From Armatimonadota bacterium (GTDB lineage Bacteria; Armatimonadota; Fimbriimonadia; Fimbriimonadales; GBS-DC), in contig JBBIJY010000028.1 in assembly GCA_037445735.1 (NCBI GenBank), positions 1 through 35,069 of the forward strand: a stretch of 35,069 bases of DNA. The letters run 5' to 3'. Each line of letters begins with the position of its first letter. The first letter of the stretch is position 1. A model generated the notes under the pieces. That model did not search any database. It worked only from the letters and a program-made list of their open reading frames with translations, and was not told the DNA's origin. The position numbers were made by a program, and so were the translations under genes. Positions 1-10,243 of the stretch are shown piece after piece.

Positions 1-55
1 CGATGGTGCCGATGTTGACATGCGGCTTCGTTCGCTCAAATTTCTGTCGTGCCAT
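1..55 (-). CDS. tuf: Elongation factor Tu, N-terminal fragment (runs off the window edge)
   Basis: Reverse complement of 1-55 reads MARQKFERTKPHVNIGTI. SD AAGGAGGAGG at 63-72; follows fusA. Not in the ORF track. Confidence 0.97.
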   Translation of the reverse strand, partial: MARQKFERTKPHVNIGTI

Positions 56-81
56 TGTTCATCCTCCTCCTTGTGTCAGTT

Positions 82-2178
<2,097 letters not shown>

Positions 2179-2195
2179 AGATAGTCAACCTCCTC

Positions 2196-2675
<480 letters not shown>

Positions 2676-2683
2676 TCACCTCG

Positions 2684-3094
2684 CTACTTTTTGGCGGCTT
2701 TGGGGCGTTTGGAGCCGTATTTGGAGCGCCCCTGCATGCGCCGATCCTGGTTGCGCGTGGTCGGCTGAACTTCGACGCCGGCGCAATCGAGCGTGCCGCG
2801 AATGATATGGTAGCGCACGCCTGGCAGGTCTTTCACGCGCCCGCCCCGCACCAGCACCACCGAGTGTTCCTGCAGGTTGTGCCCGATGCCAGGGATATAG
2901 GCGGTGATTTCGATGCCGTTGGTCAGGCGCACACGCGCGACCTTGCGCAGGGCGGAGTTCGGCTTCTTGGGCGTCATGGTGCGCACGATGGTGCAGACGC
3001 CCCGCCGCTGCGGACAGCCCTGCAACGCCGGCGACTTCGTCTTCCGAACCTTCGGTTTCCGACCCTTGCGTATCAGCTGATTGATTGTCGGCAT
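2684..3094 (-). CDS. rpsL: 30S ribosomal protein S12
   Basis: [42 protein letters not shown] upstream. Confidence 0.99.
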   Translation of the reverse strand: MPTINQLIRKGRKPKVRKTKSPALQGCPQRRGVCTIVRTMTPKKPNSALRKVARVRLTNGIEITAYIPGIGHNLQEHSVVLVRGGRVKDLPGVRYHIIRGTLDCAGVEVQPTTRNQDRRMQGRSKYGSKRPKAAKK

Positions 3095-3120
3095 CTGACT
3101 GCCTCCTGATGCTGGGCATA

Positions 3121-3158
3121 GAAAAAGAGCCTCTCACACGCGGGGCGAGAGGCTCTTC
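3121..3158 (-). terminator. Intrinsic terminator-like hairpin in the rpsL leader
   Basis: AAGAGCCTCTC (3125-3135) pairs with GAGAGGCTCTT (3147-3157). On the minus strand the stem is followed by TTTTT, about 27 nt before the rpsL ATG. Confidence 0.75.
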
Positions 3159-3325
3159 GGCAGTGCGCCTTCAGGCGCATTCAGCCAGGTCTCGGACACC
3201 TCTTGCGGTGTCCGCGCCTCCGATAAGCCCCGTGTGCAGATGCACAGTGCCGTCTGCTGGTTCGGTTCATCGTTCGCTCATGAACCTCCCGACACACGCC
3301 TGCCCAGCACAGACGCGCATCCGAG
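3121..3325 (-). ncRNA. Structured ~200-nt leader or ncRNA upstream of the str operon (unassigned)
   Basis: Lies between the promoter (3331-3360) and the terminator. Hairpins GGTTCAT/ATGAACC, GGACACC-GCAAGA-GGTGTCC and GCGCC-TGAA-GGCGC, plus long-range pairings. Confidence 0.55.
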
Positions 3326-3330
3326 CCAGT

Positions 3331-3360
3331 ATTATATCCAATCGCATGCGAAAAAGTCAA
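3331..3360 (-). promoter_or_regulatory. Sigma70-type promoter for the str leader
   Basis: TTGACT (3360-3355), 18 nt, TATAAT (3336-3331). Confidence 0.8.
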
Positions 3361-3369
3361 GGGGGTGCG

Positions 3370-3531
3370 GGGCGGGTTCGAAAATTCCAACCAGAGGCAA
3401 GGATACCTCTCACCCCGACCCTCTCCCCAAAGGGGAGAAACTAACCCCCCTCTCCGCCTTTGGGAGGAGAGGGTACGGGTGAGAGGGCTTCACTCAGGTC
3501 GATATGATGCCCCGAATTTTCGAACACCCTC
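3370..3531. mobile_element. MITE-like element, copy 1 (TIRs enclosing an inverted pair of CCCTCTCCC palindromic repeats)
   Basis: Clearly homologous to 20246-20413. Right end TTTTCGAACACCCTC (3517-3531); left end GGGCGGGTTCGAAAA (3370-3384, 12/15 match). No coding capacity. Confidence 0.7.
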
Positions 3532-3539
3532 GACACCCC

Positions 3540-3567
3540 TTGACTTTTGCCGAAAGTGGGGTATAAT
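3540..3567 (+). promoter_or_regulatory. Sigma70-type promoter for the HNH transcript
   Basis: TTGACT (3540-3545), 16 nt, TATAAT (3562-3567). Confidence 0.75.
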
Positions 3568-3574
3568 AAGGGTG

Positions 3575-3724
3575 ATGCGGGAAGCCTATACGGTTCGCTT
3601 TGGTTCGACACGCTGGAGCACAGGCTCCTGGTTTGGCATGCGCAGCCGCTACCGTAAGCGGCTGATGCCGCCATACCGGGGGAGCCTGCGCCTGTGCTGG
3701 CGTGCGGCTCCCCGTTTTTATTAG
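3575..3724 (+). promoter_or_regulatory. Attenuator-like leader with a leaderless 49-codon uORF and terminator/antiterminator
   Basis: ATG 7 nt after the -10 box opens MREAYTVRFGSTRWSTGSWF...APRFY*. Terminator GGGGAGCC..GGCTCCCC-GTTTTT (3679-3719). Alternative pairing CAGGCTCC (3621-3628) with GGAGCCTG (3681-3688). Confidence 0.6.
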
Positions 3725-3741
3725 CAGGAGGTCGCCAGCAG

Positions 3742-4281
3742 ATGGGTGAGGTACTGGTGCTGAATCAGAACTTTGAGCCGTTGAACCTCTGCTCGATGCG
3801 CCGCGCGGTGAACATGGTGCTGGCGGGCAAGGCGGAGGTGGTGCGCACGAACGGGCACTTCATCCGCACGGTCAACGGCGGTTTCGAGGCGCCATCGGTG
3901 GTGCGCCTGCGCTATCTGATTAAGCGTCCGCTGCCGCAGGTGCGCATCAGCCGCCGCGCCATCCTGGCGCGCGACCGCTACACCTGCCAGTATTGTGGGC
4001 ATGTCTCGCGCGATTTGACGGTGGACCATGTGATCCCGCGCCGTCTGGGAGGCGGCGACACCTGGGAGAACCTGGTCGCCTGCTGCCGCCGGTGCAACCA
4101 TCTGAAGGGCGACCGCACACCTCATCAGGCGGGCATGAAGCTGATTCGCAAGCCGCGCCGCCCGAACTTCGTGCCCTACCTGAGCCTCACCCAGTATGTG
4201 AAGGCAATCTCGCGGGAAGCGTGGCGCGAGTTCCTGCCCCTCTACGAGGACTTCGCCACCACAGAAGTCGAAACCGATTGA
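3742..4281 (+). CDS. HNH endonuclease with N-terminal PLMP/RRXRR-like segment (IshB-like, 179 aa)
   Basis: SD AGGAGG before ATG 3742. [10 protein letters not shown]...TVDHVIP...[18 protein letters not shown] is a Zn-binding HNH. N-terminus [31 protein letters not shown]. Confidence 0.9.
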   Translation: MGEVLVLNQNFEPLNLCSMRRAVNMVLAGKAEVVRTNGHFIRTVNGGFEAPSVVRLRYLIKRPLPQVRISRRAILARDRYTCQYCGHVSRDLTVDHVIPRRLGGGDTWENLVACCRRCNHLKGDRTPHQAGMKLIRKPRRPNFVPYLSLTQYVKAISREAWREFLPLYEDFATTEVETD

Positions 4282-4290
4282 AGGGGGCGC

Positions 4291-4388
4291 TCTGTCTTCC
4301 TCGCCCAACACTTAAGCGTCAGCGGGAGAGGGGGGGCATCTTTCAGCCCCCCATCCCCTTGCTGACGGGTGGTTGGGCAGGAGGCAGA
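4291..4388. repeat. ~98-nt imperfect inverted repeat between convergent genes (possible bidirectional terminator)
   Basis: Nested arms TCTGTCTTCCT/AGGAGGCAGA, GCCCAAC/GTTGGGC, CGTCAGC/GCTGACG, GGGGGGC/GCCCCCC. Confidence 0.75.
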
Positions 4389-4392
4389 AGTT

Positions 4393-4737
4393 TCACTTGC
4401 CACGCGGCATCACTTTAATATCGCCGGGCTTCAAGCCGGGAATGCCACCATCGCCTGCCAGCCAGCCGCCCTTACACTCGTGGCAGACCGGCTTGCCCTG
4501 CTCGGCATTATCGCCACAGGGGCAGGCGCCCATCGCAATCATGCACTGATCGCACGGATGCTTCAGACAGCAGTTGTAGGTTCCCTTCTGGATAGCCCGC
4601 TTCTTCTCGGCGGCGATGGTCGCCGCCGCCCGTTTGACCGCTGGCGAGCGCATATCCTTCATCTGGGCAACCACAATCGCCAGAACGCCTGCCAGCACAA
4701 TTGCCATTGCACCAAGAATCAGCCGTGTATAGCGCAT
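4393..4737 (-). CDS. Small exported Cys-rich hypothetical protein (8 Cys)
   Basis: Signal-peptide-like N-terminus (..LAIVVA|Q); CCLKHPCDQCMIAMGACPC...VCHEC; SD GGGAGGGAG. Confidence 0.8.
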   Translation of the reverse strand: MRYTRLILGAMAIVLAGVLAIVVAQMKDMRSPAVKRAAATIAAEKKRAIQKGTYNCCLKHPCDQCMIAMGACPCGDNAEQGKPVCHECKGGWLAGDGGIPGLKPGDIKVMPRGK

Positions 4738-4786
4738 CGCTCCCTCCCGTGGGGGAGGGAACGAACGGGTGGGGTTGCGGGTTCCA

Positions 4787-5653
4787 TCAGGTGGCTTTCA
4801 GCGTGCGCGCGGTCTCTTCGGCGAGGCGCATCCAGTCCTGCAGGCGGAGTTCTTCGGCGCGGGCGGAGACGGGGATACCCGCCCGACGCAGAAGCGCGGC
4901 GGCACGGTCGGCATCATCGAACAGCGCGGCGAGCGCGTTGCGCAGGGTCTTGCGCCGTTTGCCGAACCCCGCCCGCACCAACCTGAAAAACCAGCGCTGC
5001 TCAACAGGCGGCAGGCGATCGGGCACAGGCACAAGGCGCACAATCGCGGAGTCCACCTCCGGCTGTGGATAGAACGCGCTCGCGGGCACGCGACCCAGAT
5101 ACTCCACCTCCGCATGGTACTGCGCGAACAGCGACAGCGCACCATACGCCGAGCCACCCGGCTGGGCGACCAGCCGCTCCGCCACCTCCTTCTGCACCAT
5201 CAGCACCAGCAGCGACAGATAAGTCCTGGCGGAGAGCAGATGCTCCAGCAGCGGCGAGGTGATGGCGTAGGGGATGTTCGCCACCACTTTCGCCGTCTCC
5301 TCGCCCCGCAACAGCTCCGGCACGGGCAGGCTCAACACATTCGCCTGAATCAGGGTGATGTTGGTCAGCTCCTGCTGGTGGATGAGGTTGTCCAGGATTG
5401 CCACGAGGCGGGCGTCCACCTCGACGGCGATCACGCGGCGGGCGTGCTCCGCCAGCATGAAGGTGAGCGCGCCCAGCCCCGCACCCACCTCCAGCACGGC
5501 GTCGGTCGGCTCCAGCCGCGCCGCCTCCACCACACGCGCCGCCACACGCCGATCGGTCAGAAAGTTCTGACCCCACCCTTTAGAAGGGCGGACGCCGTAC
5601 TCCGTCAGCCACGCGCGAATCTGGCGCACCGAAAAGGGATTAATCGCCGCCAT
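4787..5653 (-). CDS. rsmA: 16S rRNA m6,2A1518/1519 dimethyltransferase
   Basis: GQNFL, LEVGAGLGALT, VANIPYAIT, MVQKEVAERL, FYPQPEVDS, RRKTLRN. Start trimmed to ATG 5653 to avoid overlap with argB. Confidence 0.96.
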   Translation of the reverse strand: MAAINPFSVRQIRAWLTEYGVRPSKGWGQNFLTDRRVAARVVEAARLEPTDAVLEVGAGLGALTFMLAEHARRVIAVEVDARLVAILDNLIHQQELTNITLIQANVLSLPVPELLRGEETAKVVANIPYAITSPLLEHLLSARTYLSLLVLMVQKEVAERLVAQPGGSAYGALSLFAQYHAEVEYLGRVPASAFYPQPEVDSAIVRLVPVPDRLPPVEQRWFFRLVRAGFGKRRKTLRNALAALFDDADRAAALLRRAGIPVSARAEELRLQDWMRLAEETARTLKAT

Positions 5654-5672
5654 CGGGTACACTCTTGCCCGT

Positions 5673-6536
5673 ATGAGCATACCTGAAAGCGCACGATGGC
5701 AGGCAGAGACCCTCATTCAGGCACTGCCCTACATTCAGAAGTGGCGCGGCGCCATCTTCGTCATTAAGTACGGCGGCGCGGCGATGGTGGATGACCAGCT
5801 CGCCCTGTCGGTGATGCAGGATGTGGTGCTGATGCACTGCGTGGGCATCCAGCCCGTGGTGGTGCATGGGGGCGGTCCCGAAGTCTCCGAGGCGATGAAG
5901 CGGCTGGGCAAGCAGCCGACCTTCGTGCAGGGACTGCGCGTGACCGACGCCGAAACGATGGAGATTGTGGAGATGGTGCTGACGGGCAAGACCAATCGGC
6001 GGCTGGTGGCGGCGATTCATCAGCAGGGTGGGCAGGCGGTGGGCGTCTCCGGCAAGGATGGCAACCTGCTGATGGCGCGTAAGCTGGAAGGCGAGCTGGA
6101 TCTGGGCTTCGTGGGCGAGGTGGAGCAGGTGAACCCCGCCGTGCTGCACGCGCTGCTGCAAGCAGGCTACATCCCGGTGGTCAGCCCGATAGGGGTCGGG
6201 CGCGACGGCGCCAGCTATAATCTGAACGCTGACCATGTGGCGGGCGTGCTGGCAGCCGCGCTCGGCGCCACAAAGCTGCTGCTACTCACCGATGTGCCCG
6301 GCGTCTTAAGCGACCCCGAGAACCCCGATTCGCTGATCTCGGAGCTGAACCGCGAGCAGGTGCAGCGCATGCTGGAAGCGGGACGCATCAGTGGCGGGAT
6401 GATCCCCAAGCTGCAGGCGTGCCTCGTCGCGCTGGAGGGTGGCGTGCCCCGCGCCCACATTCTGGACGGGCGAACCCCCCATGCCCTGCTCATTGAGGTG
6501 TTCACCGACACAGGAATCGGCACGATGGTGCGCTGA
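5673..6536 (+). CDS. argB: Acetylglutamate kinase
   Basis: VIKYGGAAM, VVHGGGPE, GLRVTD, NLNAD, LTDVPGV, GGMIPK, GIGTM. Confidence 0.97.
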   Translation: MSIPESARWQAETLIQALPYIQKWRGAIFVIKYGGAAMVDDQLALSVMQDVVLMHCVGIQPVVVHGGGPEVSEAMKRLGKQPTFVQGLRVTDAETMEIVEMVLTGKTNRRLVAAIHQQGGQAVGVSGKDGNLLMARKLEGELDLGFVGEVEQVNPAVLHALLQAGYIPVVSPIGVGRDGASYNLNADHVAGVLAAALGATKLLLLTDVPGVLSDPENPDSLISELNREQVQRMLEAGRISGGMIPKLQACLVALEGGVPRAHILDGRTPHALLIEVFTDTGIGTMVR

Positions 6537-6555
6537 AAAAAAAACCTCTGACCCC

Positions 6556-6583
6556 TTGACAATCGCGCGAAATGTGCTATAAT
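6556..6583 (+). promoter_or_regulatory. Sigma70 promoter with extended -10 and upstream A-tract
   Basis: TTGACA (6556-6561), 16 nt, TATAAT (6578-6583) preceded by TGC; A9 run at 6536-6544. Confidence 0.75.
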
Positions 6584-6613
6584 AGGGTATCTTTCCGACG
6601 GAGGTAGACGAGC

Positions 6614-7441
6614 ATGGCACGAAAGGCGAAGTGGCTTGGAATTATCGGCGTCGCAACGGCGCTGCTCGGCGTTGCTATTGCGCAAACGCCCGTGGACAAA
6701 CTGAAACAGACGGGCAAAATGTCGTTCCAGCTGCTGGATGCATCGTACTTCATCAATCTCGGCGTCAATTGTGACATCCCGGCTTTCTCTGGCAACCTTG
6801 GCAACCAGAACCCCATCTGCATCACGCTCTCGGATCTCAACAATGATGGTGTCGCTCTCGATTTCCGGGTTCGCATCCGGGATATGGTCAACTCGATCGA
6901 CTCTGACGAGACGGTCGACTTCATCGCGACCGTTTTATCGTCCAACCAGGTTCGCTGGAATGCGCGGCGCACCTTCAGTCCACCTCTTTGCGTGGTCATT
7001 ACCATTGAGGGAAGCCAGTATCTCTTCCAGATGGACGAGGTTTATGCCCGGTTCCAGCTGCAGCTCACCGAGGGCAGCTGTATGACTGATCCGTATAGCT
7101 GTCTGGCGAGCGGGGTCGATATGACGCTGGCGCCGTTCGGGGGCGCGGCTGAGAACTATATGGGCTTCAACGGTCGCGCAATGCTGGGCGGCGATTGCAA
7201 CTCGGGTCCCGTGCCTGCCTGTGCCCGCGCGGAGGATCTTCAAATCAGCGCCTACAGCGGCGGGCTATCCATTCGCGGCGATGTTAATGGCGATCGTGTG
7301 GTGGACGACGCCGACCTGCTGGCTGTGCTGTTCGCCTTCGGGCAGAGCGGCTCCGGGCTTGACGAGGACATCAACCGCGACGGCACGGTGGATGACGCCG
7401 ACCTGCTGATCGTGCTGTTCAACTTCGGCAGCAGCTGCTGA
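6614..7441 (+). CDS. Secreted hypothetical protein with C-terminal dockerin-like double EF-hand domain
   Basis: SD GGAGG; signal peptide ending AIA|Q; C-terminus GDVNGDRVVDDADLLAVLFAFG...EDINRDGTVDDADLLIVLFNFGSSC. Confidence 0.85.
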   Translation: MARKAKWLGIIGVATALLGVAIAQTPVDKLKQTGKMSFQLLDASYFINLGVNCDIPAFSGNLGNQNPICITLSDLNNDGVALDFRVRIRDMVNSIDSDETVDFIATVLSSNQVRWNARRTFSPPLCVVITIEGSQYLFQMDEVYARFQLQLTEGSCMTDPYSCLASGVDMTLAPFGGAAENYMGFNGRAMLGGDCNSGPVPACARAEDLQISAYSGGLSIRGDVNGDRVVDDADLLAVLFAFGQSGSGLDEDINRDGTVDDADLLIVLFNFGSSC

Positions 7442-7762
7442 AGCCCCCTCACCCGTACCCTCTCCCCCACTGGGGGAGAGGGTCTTGGTTTTCTCCTCTT
7501 CCCGCTGGGGAGGGGGGTTAGGGTGAGGGCTATTCGCAGGCGCGGGGTGAGATGCCCCCTCACCCGTACCCTCTCCCCCGCTGGGGGAGAGGGATTCGAT
7601 ACCCCTCTCCCGAAGCTTTGGGAGAGGGTTGGGGTGAGGGGTTTTCTACCAGCGTGCGGTGCATAGCCCCCTCACTCGTACCCTCTCCCCCGCAGGCGGG
7701 GGAGAGGGACTAAACTTGCCCCTCTGGGGAGCGGGGCTAAACTTCTCCCTCTCCCCCTGGGG
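7442..7762. repeat. Cluster of BoxC/REP-like palindromic repeats (CCCCTCACCCGTACCCTCTCCC..GGGAGAGGG) in alternating orientation
   Basis: Units at about 7442-7482, 7490-7531 (inverted), 7554-7593, 7602-7641 (inverted) and 7665-7708, with partial units to 7762. Confidence 0.85.
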
Positions 7763-7843
7763 ATGATGGGCAAACTGGGAACCCAAACTGGCAGGAATCT
7801 CGACCAATGGGTAGAATCTTGTAAGCGAGGAGGTCGCAGAGCA

Positions 7844-8689
<846 letters not shown>

Positions 8690-8714
8690 TCGGCTTCCTT
8701 CAGCACCGCTGGCT

Positions 8715-8760
8715 GGGGAGGTTCCTCCTGCGTGTAAGGGGGAACCTCCCCTTTAGTTTT
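8715..8760 (+). terminator. Intrinsic terminator between convergent genes
   Basis: GGGGAGGTTCCTCCT-GCGTGTA-AGGGGGAACCTCCCC followed by TTTAGTTTT. Confidence 0.8.
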
Positions 8761-10171
8761 ACGGGACAGCGGCGGTTTGTTCGAACAGGTACTTATCCAG
8801 TTCCACATCGTCGGGGATGGGGATGGGGTAATCGCCGTTGAAGCAGGCAAGGCAGAACCGCTCGCGCGGCTGACCGCTGGCACGCAATAGCCCCTCGATG
8901 CTCAGGTACCCCAGGGTGGTCGCGCCCACCTGCTGGCGCACATCCTCCACCGTGTGGTGGGCGGCGACCAGCTCGCGCTGGGTCGCCATATCGATGCCAT
9001 AATGGCAGGGAAAGCGAATGGGCGGCGCGGTGATGCGCAGGTGCACCTCGCGCGCGCCCGCCTCAAACAGCAGTCGCACGATCTGGCGCGTGGTCGTGCC
9101 CCGTACAATCGAGTCGTCCACCACCACCAGCCGCTTGCCCGCAATCACCTCGCGCAGGGGAGTGAGCTTCAGGCGCACGCTGATCTCCCGCGTGCGCTGG
9201 TCGGGCTGAATGAAGGTGCGCGGCGCGTATCGGTTCTTGATCAGCCCCTCACCGTACGGAATGCCCGACTGCTGGGCGTAGCCCACCGCTGCTGGCACGC
9301 CCGAATCGGGCACAGGAATCACCAGCTCGGCGTCAGCGGGATGCTCGCGCGCCAGCTCGATACCCATCCGCCGACGCACCTCATAGAGCAGCTGGTTATA
9401 CAGGTGGCTATCGGGTCGCGCGAAGTAGATGAGTTCGAACATGCAGAGCGCCTCGCGCGGGCAGGGCAACCCTCTGAAGGAGCGGACACCCTGCTCATCG
9501 ATCAGCACGATCTCGCCCGGTTGCACCTCGCGCAGGAACTGGGCGCCAATCGGGTGCAGGGCGCAGGTCTCTGACGCCAGCACCCACGCCTCGCCCAGCC
9601 GTCCCAGGCAGAGCGGGCGCACGCCGAACGGGTCGCGCACACCAATCAGCTGCGTGGGCGTCAGAATCGCCAGCGAGTAGGCGCCGCGCACCTGACGCAT
9701 CGTGTCCTGGATCGCCGCCACAATATCGCCCCGATAGGCGCGGGCAATCAGGCGCAGAATCACCTCCGAGTCGTTGGTGGTCTCGAACGCCTCGCCCTCG
9801 CGCTCCAGCGCGGCTCGCAGATGGTGCGCGTTCACCAGATTGCCGTTGTGCGCAATCGCGATGTTGCCGTCGGAGGTGGGGCACGCCAGCGGCTGCACAT
9901 TGCGGATGGTGGATGAGCCAGTGGTGGAGTAGCGGGTGTGCCCGACGGCGATATGCCCGCGCAGGCTGTCCAGAATCGGCTCGCTGAACACGCGCGTGAC
10001 CAGCCCCAAATCTTTATACATGCGCACGGTTCTGCCGTCGGAGACGGCGATGCCCGCGCTCTCCTGCCCGCGATGCTGAAGCGCGAACAGCCCGAAGTAG
10101 GTCAGCCGTGCCGCGTCCCTGCCCGGAGCGTAGATGCCAAACAGCCCGCACTCCTCCCGCGCCTCGCCCAC
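8759..10171 (-). CDS. purF: Amidophosphoribosyltransferase (propeptide and Fe-S type)
   Basis: GTG 10171 gives MGEAREE|CGLFG; LQHRGQESAGI, GHTRYST, HNGNLVN, VVVDDSIVRGTT, CLACF. Confidence 0.97.
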   Translation of the reverse strand: MGEAREECGLFGIYAPGRDAARLTYFGLFALQHRGQESAGIAVSDGRTVRMYKDLGLVTRVFSEPILDSLRGHIAVGHTRYSTTGSSTIRNVQPLACPTSDGNIAIAHNGNLVNAHHLRAALEREGEAFETTNDSEVILRLIARAYRGDIVAAIQDTMRQVRGAYSLAILTPTQLIGVRDPFGVRPLCLGRLGEAWVLASETCALHPIGAQFLREVQPGEIVLIDEQGVRSFRGLPCPREALCMFELIYFARPDSHLYNQLLYEVRRRMGIELAREHPADAELVIPVPDSGVPAAVGYAQQSGIPYGEGLIKNRYAPRTFIQPDQRTREISVRLKLTPLREVIAGKRLVVVDDSIVRGTTTRQIVRLLFEAGAREVHLRITAPPIRFPCHYGIDMATQRELVAAHHTVEDVRQQVGATTLGYLSIEGLLRASGQPRERFCLACFNGDYPIPIPDDVELDKYLFEQTAAVP

Positions 10172-10219
10172 AGCAACTCTATTGTACCCGCTCTCTGAAG
10201 GTATAATCGATGGGCTTAC

Positions 10220-10238
10220 TATGGGCAGGATGCCCATA
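10220..10238. repeat. Short REP-like hairpin TATGGGCA-GGA-TGCCCATA
   Basis: Perfect 8-bp stem; same architecture as 26835-26862 and 30197-30256. Confidence 0.55.
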
Positions 10239-10243
10239 CGACG

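Noticed and set aside
3121-3325. Assignment of the rpsL leader to SRP RNA, tRNA, tmRNA or a known riboswitch
   Set aside because: No SRP GGAA-loop/AGCAG motif, cloverleaf or recognisable aptamer consensus; left unassigned (6S cannot be excluded without a covariance search).
3365-3574. ORFs through the repeat elements (3365-3724 N-terminal part, 20202-20450, 7252-7563) sharing ERVRVRGL peptides
   Set aside because: The shared peptides are translations of the DNA repeat, not a protein family.
4393-4737. c-type cytochrome
   Set aside because: CDQCM and CHECK are not CxxCH heme-attachment motifs.
6536-6544. A9 tract as a phase-variable element
   Set aside because: It is intergenic and upstream of the -35 box rather than in the spacer; better explained as an UP-element-like tract.
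7442-7762. Repeat cluster as a CRISPR array
   Set aside because: Units alternate in orientation, vary in sequence and lack regular unique spacers; no cas genes.
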